Shown piece after piece: positions 36,904-47,089 of a DNA stretch of 57,781 bases. Under the pieces are notes generated by a model. It was not told where the DNA came from, made no database searches, and was given only the letters and a program-made list of their open reading frames with translations. The translations under genes and the position numbers were made by a program. The stretch is from Gemmatimonadota bacterium (GTDB taxonomy: Bacteria; Gemmatimonadota; Gemmatimonadetes; Gemmatimonadales; GWC2-71-9), in contig JAZDCZ010000179.1 of the NCBI GenBank assembly GCA_036679605.1, positions 1-57,781 on the forward strand, in the 5' to 3' direction. Position 1 is the stretch's first letter. Each line of letters starts with the position of its first letter.

Positions 36904-39285
36904 GTGACGGATCCGACTTCCTCTGCTCGGGATTCGGCCGTTGACCGCCGACGGAGTGCGGCTACCCGCGAGATCCACATCAAGGACCTGATAGCGGTGG
37001 TCGCGCACCACTGGAAGCTGGTGACCCTTCTCGCTCTGATTATCGCAGGCGCCGCATATTCGTCGGGAAAGGATAGCGTTAGCCTGTACCAGTCGTTATT
37101 GACCGTGCGGATTTCATCCCCAAAGAACACCTTTCCAACGAACGATATCGATGTCAATGAAATAGCACTCCGCACCGATCCAATCTTATCCGAAGTACTA
37201 GTCCTAACAACGCAGAAACTCGCCCTCGGGGTAACCAGAGCGCTCGATCTCCAACTCGAGATCGCGGATCCATCAGTGTTTCGTGCGGACGTGTTGGCGG
37301 GGATCCAGGTGGACTCGGCAGCTCCCCGCGGTATGTACCGGCTGAAGTCGGGCCCATCGCCCGGCAGCATCGAACTGTGGGATGCCGGTTCCGATTCACT
37401 ACTCCAGACCCTGGCCCGGAATGAGAGGGTGCGCGGACCGGGGTTCTCGTTCGAACTGATCCCAGACGGACTCCCCGAAGGAGGGCTCGATTTCCGACTT
37501 GTGAGCCCCGAGGAGGCTGCCGCGTGGGTAAGTGGTGGAGTATCCTACGCCGTACGTACAGAGACCAACGCCGTTGACATTACCTTCACAGCCTCGGATC
37601 GAACCCTCGTGCCCCATGTGTTGAACCAAACCGCAATACATCTGAGGGACGACGGTGCCGAGCGAGCCCGCGCAATAGCGGCTCAACGCCGACGATACAT
37701 CGACGAACAAAAAACCCGAGCAGACCTGGATCTCCAGCAGAAACTGAGAGAGTTGCAAAAGTTCAAGGAAGGAAACCAGATCACGGATCTGAGTGCCGCA
37801 GAGAGATCGTTAATGGAGTCGATCAAGGAACTCGAACAGCGGAGGCAGTCGATCTTGATTCAGCTCTCGACTCTCGGGAGCGCCTTGGGCACGAGCGACA
37901 CCATGGGGGTGGAAACACTCAATCGACTAGCTGCTTTGGAAGGAACGACCAATAATGCTGCGGTGATGTTTCAGATTGACAACCTCCTACGGCTCTATGA
38001 GCAACGTCGTGCGATGACTGCGGGAGCACTAGGACTCCGGGAGGGCAACCCACAAGTAGACGCCGTGAGGCAGAGAATCACCAGCGGTCAAGCTGCTCTC
38101 CAAAGAGCTGTGGGGGCAGAACTAGAGAGCCTGGCGAACAACCGTGATGTTTTGACAGGGGAGATCACTGGACTACGAGAGGAGTTGTCCACGTTCCCGG
38201 GCATGGAAACGCAAGTCGCGCGTTTGGAGATAGAGCGTGACATCCTGCGAGAAACCTACAGCTACTTGCTCGACGAATACGAACAGGCCCAGATGCGGGA
38301 AGCGACGGTCGCCGCCTACATCAGCATCTTGGACGCTGCTTCACCGGCCGGACGGATCGGAACCGACCTGCGACAAAAGGTGATCCTCGGCTTCATGGTG
38401 GGACTGCTACTGGGTCTAGGTGGAGCGTTTTTCCTGGAATACCTGGACCAAACCATTAAGACCGCGGCAGACGTAGAACGAGTAATTGGCGTGCCAGTAC
38501 TGGGACTAATCCCCTACGAGTCGAAGCTGTCCTCCGGCACTGGAAACGGTGCAAGCAAAAGCGTCGTGGTTCTCACAGAATTGAGCCCCGATGACCCGTC
38601 TGCGGAAGCTTTTCGCGCGCTGCGCACCAACGTGACTTTTGTAGCTGCCGAGCGTCCAATTCAACTCATTTCGGTCACCAGCCCCGGACCCGGAGAGGGT
38701 AAGTCTACCGCAACCGTGAATCTCGCCGTCACTTTGGCCCAGGGCGGTAGCCGCGTTTTACTAATCGACGCCGATCTCCGGCGCCCTTTAGTCCACCGCG
38801 CCTTCGGTTTGGTCGATCAACCCGGCCTAACCGATGTATTGATACAACGCGCCTCCCTGCCCGAAGCGGTGCGTCCGGAGGTGATGCCGAAGCTCGACGT
38901 ACTTCCGAGTGGGCCAACTCCGCCGAATCCTTCCGAGCTTCTAGGGTCGGAGGCGATGCAGCGTCTTATAGCGGATGCGCGTCGGGAGTACGAGTATATC
39001 GTGATCGATACTCCTCCAACGCTGCCTGTTACGGACGCGGCCGTCGTGGCCTCGGCCGCTGACGCTACCATCCTAGTATTTCGAAGCGGAGACACTGAAG
39101 AAGCGGCAGCGCAGCGCGCATATGCTCAGCTCCGTCGGGTACATGCGCGCATAGCGGGTGCAGTGCTAAACGGCGTCCACCGACGCAATGATCAATACTA
39201 CAGTTACTACTCGAACGATCGCGACACGGTTCGCGAGCGGTCTGGGATTCGAGGTCTCGGGGCACGTCTTCGGAAGATGCTCTAG
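36904..39285 (+). CDS. Wzc/CpsD-like polysaccharide co-polymerase tyrosine autokinase
   Basis: Two TMs around a coiled-coil periplasmic domain; EAFRALRTN, GPGEGKST, IDADLRRP, IDTPP, Tyr cluster QYYSYY. Confidence 0.92.
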   Translation: MTDPTSSARDSAVDRRRSAATREIHIKDLIAVVAHHWKLVTLLALIIAGAAYSSGKDSVSLYQSLLTVRISSPKNTFPTNDIDVNEIALRTDPILSEVLVLTTQKLALGVTRALDLQLEIADPSVFRADVLAGIQVDSAAPRGMYRLKSGPSPGSIELWDAGSDSLLQTLARNERVRGPGFSFELIPDGLPEGGLDFRLVSPEEAAAWVSGGVSYAVRTETNAVDITFTASDRTLVPHVLNQTAIHLRDDGAERARAIAAQRRRYIDEQKTRADLDLQQKLRELQKFKEGNQITDLSAAERSLMESIKELEQRRQSILIQLSTLGSALGTSDTMGVETLNRLAALEGTTNNAAVMFQIDNLLRLYEQRRAMTAGALGLREGNPQVDAVRQRITSGQAALQRAVGAELESLANNRDVLTGEITGLREELSTFPGMETQVARLEIERDILRETYSYLLDEYEQAQMREATVAAYISILDAASPAGRIGTDLRQKVILGFMVGLLLGLGGAFFLEYLDQTIKTAADVERVIGVPVLGLIPYESKLSSGTGNGASKSVVVLTELSPDDPSAEAFRALRTNVTFVAAERPIQLISVTSPGPGEGKSTATVNLAVTLAQGGSRVLLIDADLRRPLVHRAFGLVDQPGLTDVLIQRASLPEAVRPEVMPKLDVLPSGPTPPNPSELLGSEAMQRLIADARREYEYIVIDTPPTLPVTDAAVVASAADATILVFRSGDTEEAAAQRAYAQLRRVHARIAGAVLNGVHRRNDQYYSYYSNDRDTVRERSGIRGLGARLRKML

Positions 39286-39355
39286 CGGAGCACCAGTCAC
39301 GTCTTAGGCGTCCATGCCGCCTTCAGCACGATTCTGAGGCAACTAGCTACGAGAG

Positions 39356-40639
39356 CTACGAAACTCTGATTATTTGATCACGCCTGGTCCCGACACTCAC
39401 GTAGACGACCGGTACTTTGAGCTGTTCTTCAATGTATCTGATGTAGACCACAGCTTTTTCAGGAAGATCCTCAAAGCGGCGCACATCTCCCGTTGGCTCC
39501 GACCAACCTTCGAGTTCTTGGTAAACCGGTTCGACGGCTCCCAACAGCATCGCATCTCCTGGAACATCGTCCACTATTTTGCCTTCGACGCGGTACTCGT
39601 TGCACACGGGAATGATCGGTATGGTATCCAGGACATCGAGTTTTGTTATGGCTAGACCTGTGAGCCCGTTGATTCGAACGGCGTAACGGGCAACCACGGC
39701 GTCGAACCAACCGCACCTCCGGGGGCGTCCGGTCGTAGCACCGTATTCCCCTCCAAGGTCCCGCAGTTGCCTACCGGCTTCACCGCCCACCTCGGTAGGC
39801 AACGGTCCATTCCCCACTCGAGTCGTGTAAGCTTTTACCACTCCCAGCACATCATCGATGGCCGTCGGACCGATCCCCGCACCCACCGCCGCGCTTCCGG
39901 CGATCGTATTCGAAGACGTGACATAGGGATAGGTGCCGTGATCCACGTCCAGAAGCGATCCCTGAGCACCCTCCAGCAACACCCGGCTCCCGGCAACTAT
40001 CGCGTCGTAGGCGATCCGACCAGTGTCGGTCACTAGAGGAAGCAGCCGGGGCCCGAGGCGTGTCAGCAGTTCGCGGTGCATCTCCGCGTCGGCGCGCTCC
40101 TCAACTTCCAAGAGTTCAAGGAGATCGTTCGTGCGCGCAACGTTCTTCATCGCCAAATCGATCGCGCGGCTCAAATCTCGCAGATCTCCGACCCTGATCC
40201 CCCGCCGAGCGAACTTGTCCTCGTAGCTCGGTCCTATGCCGCGCCCCGTAGTGCCGATCTTCTGTGTGCGTTCCCGTGCGCGATCCATCAGCAGGTGGTA
40301 GGGAAGCACAAGATGTGCCCTGTCAGACACCAAGAGTCGCCCACCGAGGTCGATGCCTCTGCTCTCAAGCCCCTCCATCTCGCTGAGGAGGGTCTCCGGG
40401 TCGAGGACGACGCCATTACCAATTATGCACTTGGTTCCGGGCTGCAGCACGCCCGCGGGAATCTGGTGAAGTACAAACTCTTCATCATCGCACACAACAG
40501 TATGCCCGGCGTTTGCGCCACCCTGGTACCGAATCACAAGGTCAGCGCTTTCGCAAAGGACGTCTACTATTTTCCCTTTTCCCTCGTCACCCCATTGCGC
40601 TCCTACTACGACTACGCACTTGCAACGTGGACCGAACAT
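39356..40639 (-). CDS. purA: Adenylosuccinate synthetase
   Basis: GAQWGDEGKGK, GGANAGHT, EGAQG, GATTGRPRRCGWFD. Confidence 0.97.
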   Translation of the reverse strand: MFGPRCKCVVVVGAQWGDEGKGKIVDVLCESADLVIRYQGGANAGHTVVCDDEEFVLHQIPAGVLQPGTKCIIGNGVVLDPETLLSEMEGLESRGIDLGGRLLVSDRAHLVLPYHLLMDRARERTQKIGTTGRGIGPSYEDKFARRGIRVGDLRDLSRAIDLAMKNVARTNDLLELLEVEERADAEMHRELLTRLGPRLLPLVTDTGRIAYDAIVAGSRVLLEGAQGSLLDVDHGTYPYVTSSNTIAGSAAVGAGIGPTAIDDVLGVVKAYTTRVGNGPLPTEVGGEAGRQLRDLGGEYGATTGRPRRCGWFDAVVARYAVRINGLTGLAITKLDVLDTIPIIPVCNEYRVEGKIVDDVPGDAMLLGAVEPVYQELEGWSEPTGDVRRFEDLPEKAVVYIRYIEEQLKVPVVYVSVGTRRDQIIRVS

Positions 40640-40665
40640 GCGCACGCCCCATCCAAGATGGCCAC

Positions 40666-40693
40666 AAAAAAGCCCCGGGGGCCACCCCGGGGC
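40666..40693 (-). terminator. Intrinsic terminator-like hairpin just upstream of purA
   Basis: GCCCCGGGG-TGGC-CCCCGGGGC followed by TTTTTT on the minus strand. Confidence 0.7.
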
Positions 40694-40705
40694 ATCCTCT
40701 TCCGA

Positions 40706-40734
40706 AAGGTAGGTCCGAACAAAAAAACCGTCAA
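40706..40734 (-). promoter_or_regulatory. Sigma70 promoter upstream of purA
   Basis: TTGACG-N17-TACCTT. Confidence 0.65.
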
Positions 40735-40773
40735 CCGAGCAACACTGGTCCCCAGCCCTACAGTACCGCCCTC

Positions 40774-41670
40774 TTAGCTCGTCAGCACTTCTGCGACCTT
40801 CAACCGACTCAGCACGCTAGAGCGGGTCCGTTCGTCGAGGTCTCGCAGAGGAGACCTAACATGCCCACCCATCAAGCCCACGGCGTCCACTGCGGCCTTT
40901 ACACCCGCAACACCGAGCTTGGACACAATCTCTTGATGTAGCGGAGCTACGATTTCTTGGGCCGCCCCAGCTCTGCTCTTGTCGCCTTCAGCGAAAGCAA
41001 CCCCGATGTCTCTCGTAGCCGCAGCTGCAAAACAAGCCGTTGCCGCAATGGCGCCCGACGCTCCCAGCTCCAGCGCTGCGTAGTACAACGCCCCCGACCC
41101 AACGAAGTGCGCCCATCGAGGAACTGCCTCACAATAGGCCGCAAAGTTCTTCAGATCACCGGAGGAATCCTTTGCACCTATAATGTTCGGATGTTCGGCT
41201 AATTCACCGAACAGGGAGTCACTAAGTGCGATATGTGTGTATTTCGGAATGTTGTATAGCATGACCGGGACCGGCGATTCGTCCGCCACTCGGCGAAAGT
41301 GATTCGCAACAGCTGCCTGGGTCATTGCTGCACCATAGTAGGAGGGCGGCCGTACCAACACGGCGTCGCCATCCTCTTCAGCACAAGCACGGCACGCCGC
41401 AATGGTGGCCCGAGTAGACTCCCGGCCTGCGCCGGCAATGAGCCATTTGTCAGGCGGTACGACGTCCCGCAACCACGATATGATCCTCCGGTACTCACCC
41501 TCGTCTAGTAAGGGTGCCTCTCCGGTCGAACCTGCCGCCACGATGCCATCGACCCCGAGTTCCAAAAGAGATCGGACATTCTGCCTGAGATTAACGGGCT
41601 CCACCTCACCAGTGGCGGCATCGAACGGGGTAGTAATAGGAACCAGCAGGCCACTGGGGCGTCTGCTCAC
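40774..41670 (-). CDS. Dihydrodipicolinate synthase family aldolase
   Basis: TTPF, GSTGE, LYNIP, GAKDSSG. Confidence 0.88.
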   Translation of the reverse strand: MSRRPSGLLVPITTPFDAATGEVEPVNLRQNVRSLLELGVDGIVAAGSTGEAPLLDEGEYRRIISWLRDVVPPDKWLIAGAGRESTRATIAACRACAEEDGDAVLVRPPSYYGAAMTQAAVANHFRRVADESPVPVMLYNIPKYTHIALSDSLFGELAEHPNIIGAKDSSGDLKNFAAYCEAVPRWAHFVGSGALYYAALELGASGAIAATACFAAAATRDIGVAFAEGDKSRAGAAQEIVAPLHQEIVSKLGVAGVKAAVDAVGLMGGHVRSPLRDLDERTRSSVLSRLKVAEVLTS

Positions 41671-42830
41671 TGCAACAACTCAGTCCCGGTAGCGAATCCC
41701 TCCGGCATTTCATCTCCCACTGGCTCCGCCGCACTCGTCTCCGCAGTCGTGGCGGCCCGCGAACGGCGTCGAAACGTGCGCAGTTTCAGTTCGAAGTCAG
41801 CCGCGTTGCTCGCACTTGCCTTTGCGGTCTCAAACGTCACGACCTCGTTTTCGACAAGATCCATCAAGTGTTGGTCGAAGGTTTGCATTCCATATTGGTC
41901 TCGTCCCTCAGCAATGTGATCATGGATTTCGCCAACCCGGTTGCGATCTTTAATGAGATCGCGGATCGTAGCCGTACAGATCATGACCTCGATGGCCGGC
42001 GATCGCCCCTTTTGATCAGCGCGTGGGAGGAGCCGCTGCGACACCACTGCCTCGAGCGTTTCCGCCAAGCGCACGCGTGCTACCTCCTGTTCCTCGGCGG
42101 GGAACATGGCAACCATCCGGGAGATCGTTGTAATCGCGTCAGGTGTGTGAAGGGTCGAGATCAGCAGGTGCCCTGTCTCTGCCGCCTTCATTGCCGTATC
42201 GATCGTCTCCGCGTCACGCAATTCACCAATGAGAATCACGTCTGGGTCCTGTCGAAGGGCGGCCCGTAAACCGACCCTGAATCCATCGGTATCCGAACCG
42301 ATTTCACGTTGAGTTACTGAGGAGTTGATATCGCGATGAAGAAACTCTATCGGATTCTCGAGCGTAACGATGTGCTTATTCATCGTCGTGTTGATATGGT
42401 TGACCATTGCCGCCATAGTAGAGCTTTTCCCGCTCCCCGTGACACCGGTGACCAGGATCATACCTCGCTCCGACTCCGCTACCGATTCCAACACCCTAGG
42501 GAGTTCGAGTTTCTCGAGGGTGGGCACTTCGAACGGTATCACACGCATAACGATCATGAACGATGAACGCTGACGCAGGATGTTCACCCTGAACCGACCG
42601 ATTCCAGGCGCGCCCCACGAGCAGTCGTAATCCTTGATCTCGTCTATTCTCTCGCGGTCGCGCTCGATGGGAATGAGTTTGAGAGCAATCGCCTTCGTCT
42701 GCTCCGGCGTGAGCCGCTGCTTGGTGAGCGGCTGGAGGTCACCATCGATTCGTGCCCGAAACACGTCTCCTGCCTTTATGTGTAAGTCCGAGGCCCCACG
42801 CTCGACAGCCGCTTTTATTATTTTCTCCAT
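41667..42830 (-). CDS. pilT: Type IV pilus retraction ATPase, PilT/PilU family
   Basis: ASDLH, GVTGSGKS, ENPIE, ALRQDPD..LIGELRD, ETGH..STLHT, GMQTFD. Confidence 0.88.
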   Translation of the reverse strand: MEKIIKAAVERGASDLHIKAGDVFRARIDGDLQPLTKQRLTPEQTKAIALKLIPIERDRERIDEIKDYDCSWGAPGIGRFRVNILRQRSSFMIVMRVIPFEVPTLEKLELPRVLESVAESERGMILVTGVTGSGKSSTMAAMVNHINTTMNKHIVTLENPIEFLHRDINSSVTQREIGSDTDGFRVGLRAALRQDPDVILIGELRDAETIDTAMKAAETGHLLISTLHTPDAITTISRMVAMFPAEEQEVARVRLAETLEAVVSQRLLPRADQKGRSPAIEVMICTATIRDLIKDRNRVGEIHDHIAEGRDQYGMQTFDQHLMDLVENEVVTFETAKASASNAADFELKLRTFRRRSRAATTAETSAAEPVGDEMPEGFATGTELLQ

Positions 42831-42833
42831 ATT

Positions 42834-43862
42834 CTAGTAACCGATGTCCAAGTTGACGAGATTTCGCAAGCTCTGTCCGCTCAAGTAGCGGCCTATGTTA
42901 TCCGTAATAAGGTCGAGTTCGCGTTTCCAAAAGCTAGGTGATACTGCACTTACGTGCGGGGTCAAAAAGACTCTCTCATGCACCCAGAACGGATGATCCT
43001 CCGGCAGTGGTTCCGTGTCGAAAACATCGAGTACACAGCCGCCGACGTGACCGGTCTCCAGCTGCGACAGCAACGCATCCTCGTCCAGGAGAAGTCCCCG
43101 CGAAACATTGAGAACATACCCTCCTTGAGGCAAGGCCGCGAGCACTCGACCGTCCACGATCCGCTCGGTTTGGGCTGTGTGGGCCGCGGCAATAACCAGT
43201 GCGTCGCTCTCCGAGGCGAGTTTCACCAGATCGTCCGGGCCACCCACCCAGGTCACACAATCAGGAGCATCGGAGTCAGGGCACCGCCTTACCGCCCTGA
43301 CGACCATGCCAAGCGCAGAGCACCTGGTTGCAACAGCTTGCCCAATCCCGCCCAGACCCACAATTCCGACTCGAAAGCCGGTCAATTCTCGAACCGGGTT
43401 GGTCCTAGCAGTAAATATGTCCTTGGCCCATCTTCGCATGGATCGTGCAGCTGCGGCCACGTGGAACCCCAGGGCGCAGTACCCGATGGCTGCCACCACC
43501 CAGTCGGCGATTGGATCTGCATGGATGCCACGCGAGTTGGTCAGCCTGGCACCACTCGAACGCAGTTGGTCCGTGATACTCGATCCGACGCCACCGGTGG
43601 CAGTATGAAGCCATCGCAGAGACGGCTCACCTATCGCTACAACCTCCCCTGGGATGCCCCACCCGAAATACGCCTCGGCACCGACGACCGCATCGATCGC
43701 CTCGTCTGACAATCCGGCTCCATCTCCGTCGCTCGAAGTTGGCGTCTTTACGAAAACAACATCCCATTCCGACCCGAAGGCATCACGTATCTGCTCTGTA
43801 CACTCCGTTGGAATCGTCCACACCGGTCTCGTGGACGAGAGATTGACGACAGCTCTCCTCAC
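42834..43862 (-). CDS. D-2-hydroxyacid dehydrogenase family protein (start uncertain)
   Basis: GLGGIG, NVSRG, LDVF..EPL, TPHVS. Confidence 0.88.
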   Translation of the reverse strand: MRRAVVNLSSTRPVWTIPTECTEQIRDAFGSEWDVVFVKTPTSSDGDGAGLSDEAIDAVVGAEAYFGWGIPGEVVAIGEPSLRWLHTATGGVGSSITDQLRSSGARLTNSRGIHADPIADWVVAAIGYCALGFHVAAAARSMRRWAKDIFTARTNPVRELTGFRVGIVGLGGIGQAVATRCSALGMVVRAVRRCPDSDAPDCVTWVGGPDDLVKLASESDALVIAAAHTAQTERIVDGRVLAALPQGGYVLNVSRGLLLDEDALLSQLETGHVGGCVLDVFDTEPLPEDHPFWVHERVFLTPHVSAVSPSFWKRELDLITDNIGRYLSGQSLRNLVNLDIGY

Positions 43863-43884
43863 TAACAGAAAGCCACTAGTATCA

Positions 43885-44886
43885 TTATGAATCAGCCATC
43901 GCTGCGCAGGGTCCGAGGAATCCCATGCGATCCCGTACCTCAATCATCGTACTTTGTGCAACCTTCCTCGCCCGTTCGGCGCCATCGTGGAGAACGTCTT
44001 GCACATGACTTGTGTCTCCTGCCAACTGTGCCGCTCGATCTCTTATCGGAGCAAACGTAGCAGATATGTTGTCGGCAAGAACGCGCTTGCAATCAAGACA
44101 GCCCCAACCGGCCGCCCGACAATTCGCCGCCACCTCGTGCACGGTGTCGCTCGGTGAGAAATGCTCGTGCAGCGAGTAAATGTTACATACTTCAGGCGAA
44201 CCCGGGTCGGTTTTCTTGACGCGCGCCGGGTCTGTTTTCGCGGTTCGAAGCCGTTGCCAAACATCCTCCGGTTTCTCCAAGACTCCGATGGTGTTGCCGA
44301 TGCTCTTGGACATCTTCGCTTGACCATCCAACCCGATAATGCGGCGAGAGCCAGTTATTCTAGCATCGGGCTCCGGAAAAAACTCAGATCCGTACCTAGC
44401 GTTCCATTTTCGAGAAACCTCGCGGATGAGTTCGATATGTTGGGCTTGATCTTCTCCTACCGGAACCACCTCCGCCATATACAGCAATACGTCTGCGGCT
44501 TGCAATACAGGGTAATTGAGCAAGCCGGCTGGGACGCTTTCCTGGCGCCTAGACTTGTCCTTAAATTGCGTCATCCGTTCCAGTTCGCCGATCGGAGTAA
44601 CCGTATTGAATATCCACGCCAACTCAGTATGCTCAGCCACATGAGATTGGACGAAGAGGACCGCTCGTTCGGGATCGATCCCGGAAGCTATGAGGCCAAT
44701 CGCCATGTCTAGTGTGCGAGCGGCGAGTTCTTCGGGCTCGTATTGCTGCGTTATGGCGTGATAGTCGACTATACAAAAGTAGCACTCGTCCTGGTCCTGC
44801 ATCTCGACCCAGTTGCGTACTGCCCCCAGGTAGTTGCCGAGGTGCAGTTCGCCAGAAGGCTGTATTCCTGAAAAAACACGTGCCAT
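43885..44886 (-). CDS. trpS: Tryptophan--tRNA ligase
   Basis: SGIQPSG.LHLGNY, YPVLQAAD, VPVGEDQ, KMSKS. Confidence 0.96.
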   Translation of the reverse strand: MARVFSGIQPSGELHLGNYLGAVRNWVEMQDQDECYFCIVDYHAITQQYEPEELAARTLDMAIGLIASGIDPERAVLFVQSHVAEHTELAWIFNTVTPIGELERMTQFKDKSRRQESVPAGLLNYPVLQAADVLLYMAEVVPVGEDQAQHIELIREVSRKWNARYGSEFFPEPDARITGSRRIIGLDGQAKMSKSIGNTIGVLEKPEDVWQRLRTAKTDPARVKKTDPGSPEVCNIYSLHEHFSPSDTVHEVAANCRAAGWGCLDCKRVLADNISATFAPIRDRAAQLAGDTSHVQDVLHDGAERARKVAQSTMIEVRDRMGFLGPCAAMADS

Positions 44887-44922
44887 ACGATCAACCTATG
44901 GATGCGAAAGAGGGGCTGCAAG

Positions 44923-45717
44923 GTGCCAGAACATAAGGATTTACTCCGGTGCGCGCTATCAGCGTCAGAGCACGCTGCCGACCATATCCGTTCGGTGAAG
45001 AAACCCCCTGACCCGGCCGACTGGGGTATCAAGGGTACCAGTGACTTCGTCACACAGATCGATCGCGATGCTGAGAGAATAGTCGCGGAAGTGCTTCTGT
45101 CGGCGTACCCCTCTTCGTCGGTGTTGGGCGAGGAGCTTACGCCCAATCAGACGTCCGGTGACTTGGTATGGGTAGTCGATCCGTTGGACGGTACGACGAA
45201 TTTCCTTCATGGCTACCCCTCTTACGCCGTCAGTATCGCAGCCGTTGTCACCGGCCAGTTGTGTGTTGCAGTAGTGGCGGATATACCGCGGGAAATCACG
45301 TATCATGCTACGACAGGAGGTGGCGCCTGGTGCCGAGAAAGGCAGCTACATGTCTCCGACACCGTCAATGCATCGCATGCCCTCATCGGCACAGGCTTCC
45401 CGTTCAAGGTGCCGGCGCTGATCCCACGGTACCTTAGACAATTCACGACCATCCTTGCGGCCACTAGCGGAATTCGAAGAGCCGGATCAGCCGCACTAGA
45501 TCTCGTTGACATCGCGCTTGGCAGATTCGCAGGTTTTTGGGAGCTGTCGCTGGCACCATGGGATGTCGCTGCCGGGACCCTCATCGTGAGGGAGGCGGGT
45601 GGATTGGTCACCAACACCGAGAACGACGCTGACGTGGTACGCCATGGCTCGATCGTGGCCGGCAATCCCACCATCCACGCTTGGCTGTTGGAGCAGCTAC
45701 GGCATGCAACCGGGTGA
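44923..45717 (+). CDS. suhB: Inositol monophosphatase family protein (start 44902 or 44923)
   Basis: GEE, WVVDPLDGTTNF, RRAGSAALD, WDVAAG. Confidence 0.9.
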   Translation: MPEHKDLLRCALSASEHAADHIRSVKKPPDPADWGIKGTSDFVTQIDRDAERIVAEVLLSAYPSSSVLGEELTPNQTSGDLVWVVDPLDGTTNFLHGYPSYAVSIAAVVTGQLCVAVVADIPREITYHATTGGGAWCRERQLHVSDTVNASHALIGTGFPFKVPALIPRYLRQFTTILAATSGIRRAGSAALDLVDIALGRFAGFWELSLAPWDVAAGTLIVREAGGLVTNTENDADVVRHGSIVAGNPTIHAWLLEQLRHATG

Positions 45718-45731
45718 TGGGGACACCCGAG

Positions 45732-46502
45732 TTACGCCGACGCCGCTGCCCTGTCAACAGTGAGAAGGCGAGGCCCGTTGGAATCAACTAGGACAGTGTG
45801 CTCAAAGTGGGCAGACAGCGAGCCGTCAGCGGTCACAATCGTCCACTCGTCCTCAAGTGTCCTTGTCTCCGGACCACCCATATTGATCATCGGTTCGATT
45901 GCGATCGTCATTCCGGCTTTGAGCCGAGGTCCTCGCTTTGGTATTCCAAAATTGGGGATTTGAGGTTCCTCATGAAACTTGGCGCCGATTCCGTGTCCTA
46001 CCAAATCTCGTACTACACTGTAGCCCGCACCCTCCGCGACGATTTGGACGGCGTGACCGATATCTCCGACGTGATTACCCATGACCGCCGCTTCTACCCC
46101 GGCACTCAGTGCATCTCGCGTTACCTGAAGCAGTGTCCTCGCGTCGTTCCCGATATCACCCACCGGCGCGGTAAACGCCGAATCCGCATGCAGTCCGTCT
46201 AGATAGACTCCGCAGTCGACGCTCACTATGTCGCCCTCCTCCAGGATGCGCGCCTTTGACGGTATGCCATGAACAATCTCATCGTTTATCGACGTACAGA
46301 GAGATTTGGGGAAGCCGTACAGCCCTTTGAACGACGGCCTTGCCCCAGGATGGCTCCGAATAAACTCTTCGGCTGCGTCGTCAAGATCCTCCGTGCTGAC
46401 GCCTGGCATCATCTGGTCGACCAGTAGATCCAATGTCTTTGCGAGGATCTCGCCTGCAAGGGACATTGTCTCAATTTCTCGCGCCGACTTGATTGTTATC
46501 AT
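45732..46502 (-). CDS. map: Methionine aminopeptidase type I
   Basis: CTSINDEIVHGIP, GHGIG..FHEEP, IEPM, SAHFEHT. Confidence 0.96.
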   Translation of the reverse strand: MITIKSAREIETMSLAGEILAKTLDLLVDQMMPGVSTEDLDDAAEEFIRSHPGARPSFKGLYGFPKSLCTSINDEIVHGIPSKARILEEGDIVSVDCGVYLDGLHADSAFTAPVGDIGNDARTLLQVTRDALSAGVEAAVMGNHVGDIGHAVQIVAEGAGYSVVRDLVGHGIGAKFHEEPQIPNFGIPKRGPRLKAGMTIAIEPMINMGGPETRTLEDEWTIVTADGSLSAHFEHTVLVDSNGPRLLTVDRAAASA

Positions 46503-47062
46503 GTTCCGATCACCTCTGTTACCCGATCAGCAATCGTCTCGACAGATCCGACACCATTAAGTTCACTGACAATGTCCCTACATCTATAGTAAGCTAGGAG
46601 GGGTTCCGTTTGCTCCCTGTAGACGGCGAGCCGCTTCTTTATTGCTTCGGGCGTGTCGTCACTACGTCCCTCTTGGTTACTCCTGCCGAGCAGCCGCTCA
46701 ACGAGTTCATCCTCGGGCACCTCGAATGTCAGCACGCGGTCGATTTGTGAACCACGTGCAGCCAAAAGCGAGTCCACCGCCGCCGCCTGCGCGACAGTTC
46801 GAGGAAACCCGTCCATGACGACGCCGTCCGCCGCTTCACGAGATTCCAGAACCTCGGCAATCAAATCTAGAATCGTCTCGTCAGGAACCAAGAGGCCCGC
46901 GTCCATAAACTTGCTTGCATCTTTACCAAGCGTCGAACCAGCCACTACGGCCTCTCGCAAGAGATCGCCGGTCGCAAACTTCGGAATTTTTTTTCGCGAG
47001 GATATGAGCGCCCCTTGGGTGCCCTTACCAGAGCCCGGAGCGCCAAGGAGAACGATGTTCAT
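46499..47062 (-). CDS. adk: Adenylate kinase, short-LID type
   Basis: GAPGSGKGTQ, DGFPRT, GRSDD. Confidence 0.95.
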   Translation of the reverse strand: MNIVLLGAPGSGKGTQGALISSRKKIPKFATGDLLREAVVAGSTLGKDASKFMDAGLLVPDETILDLIAEVLESREAADGVVMDGFPRTVAQAAAVDSLLAARGSQIDRVLTFEVPEDELVERLLGRSNQEGRSDDTPEAIKKRLAVYREQTEPLLAYYRCRDIVSELNGVGSVETIADRVTEVIGT

Positions 47063-47089
47063 AACTATCCGCTCGCCGAACGGAGCGTC

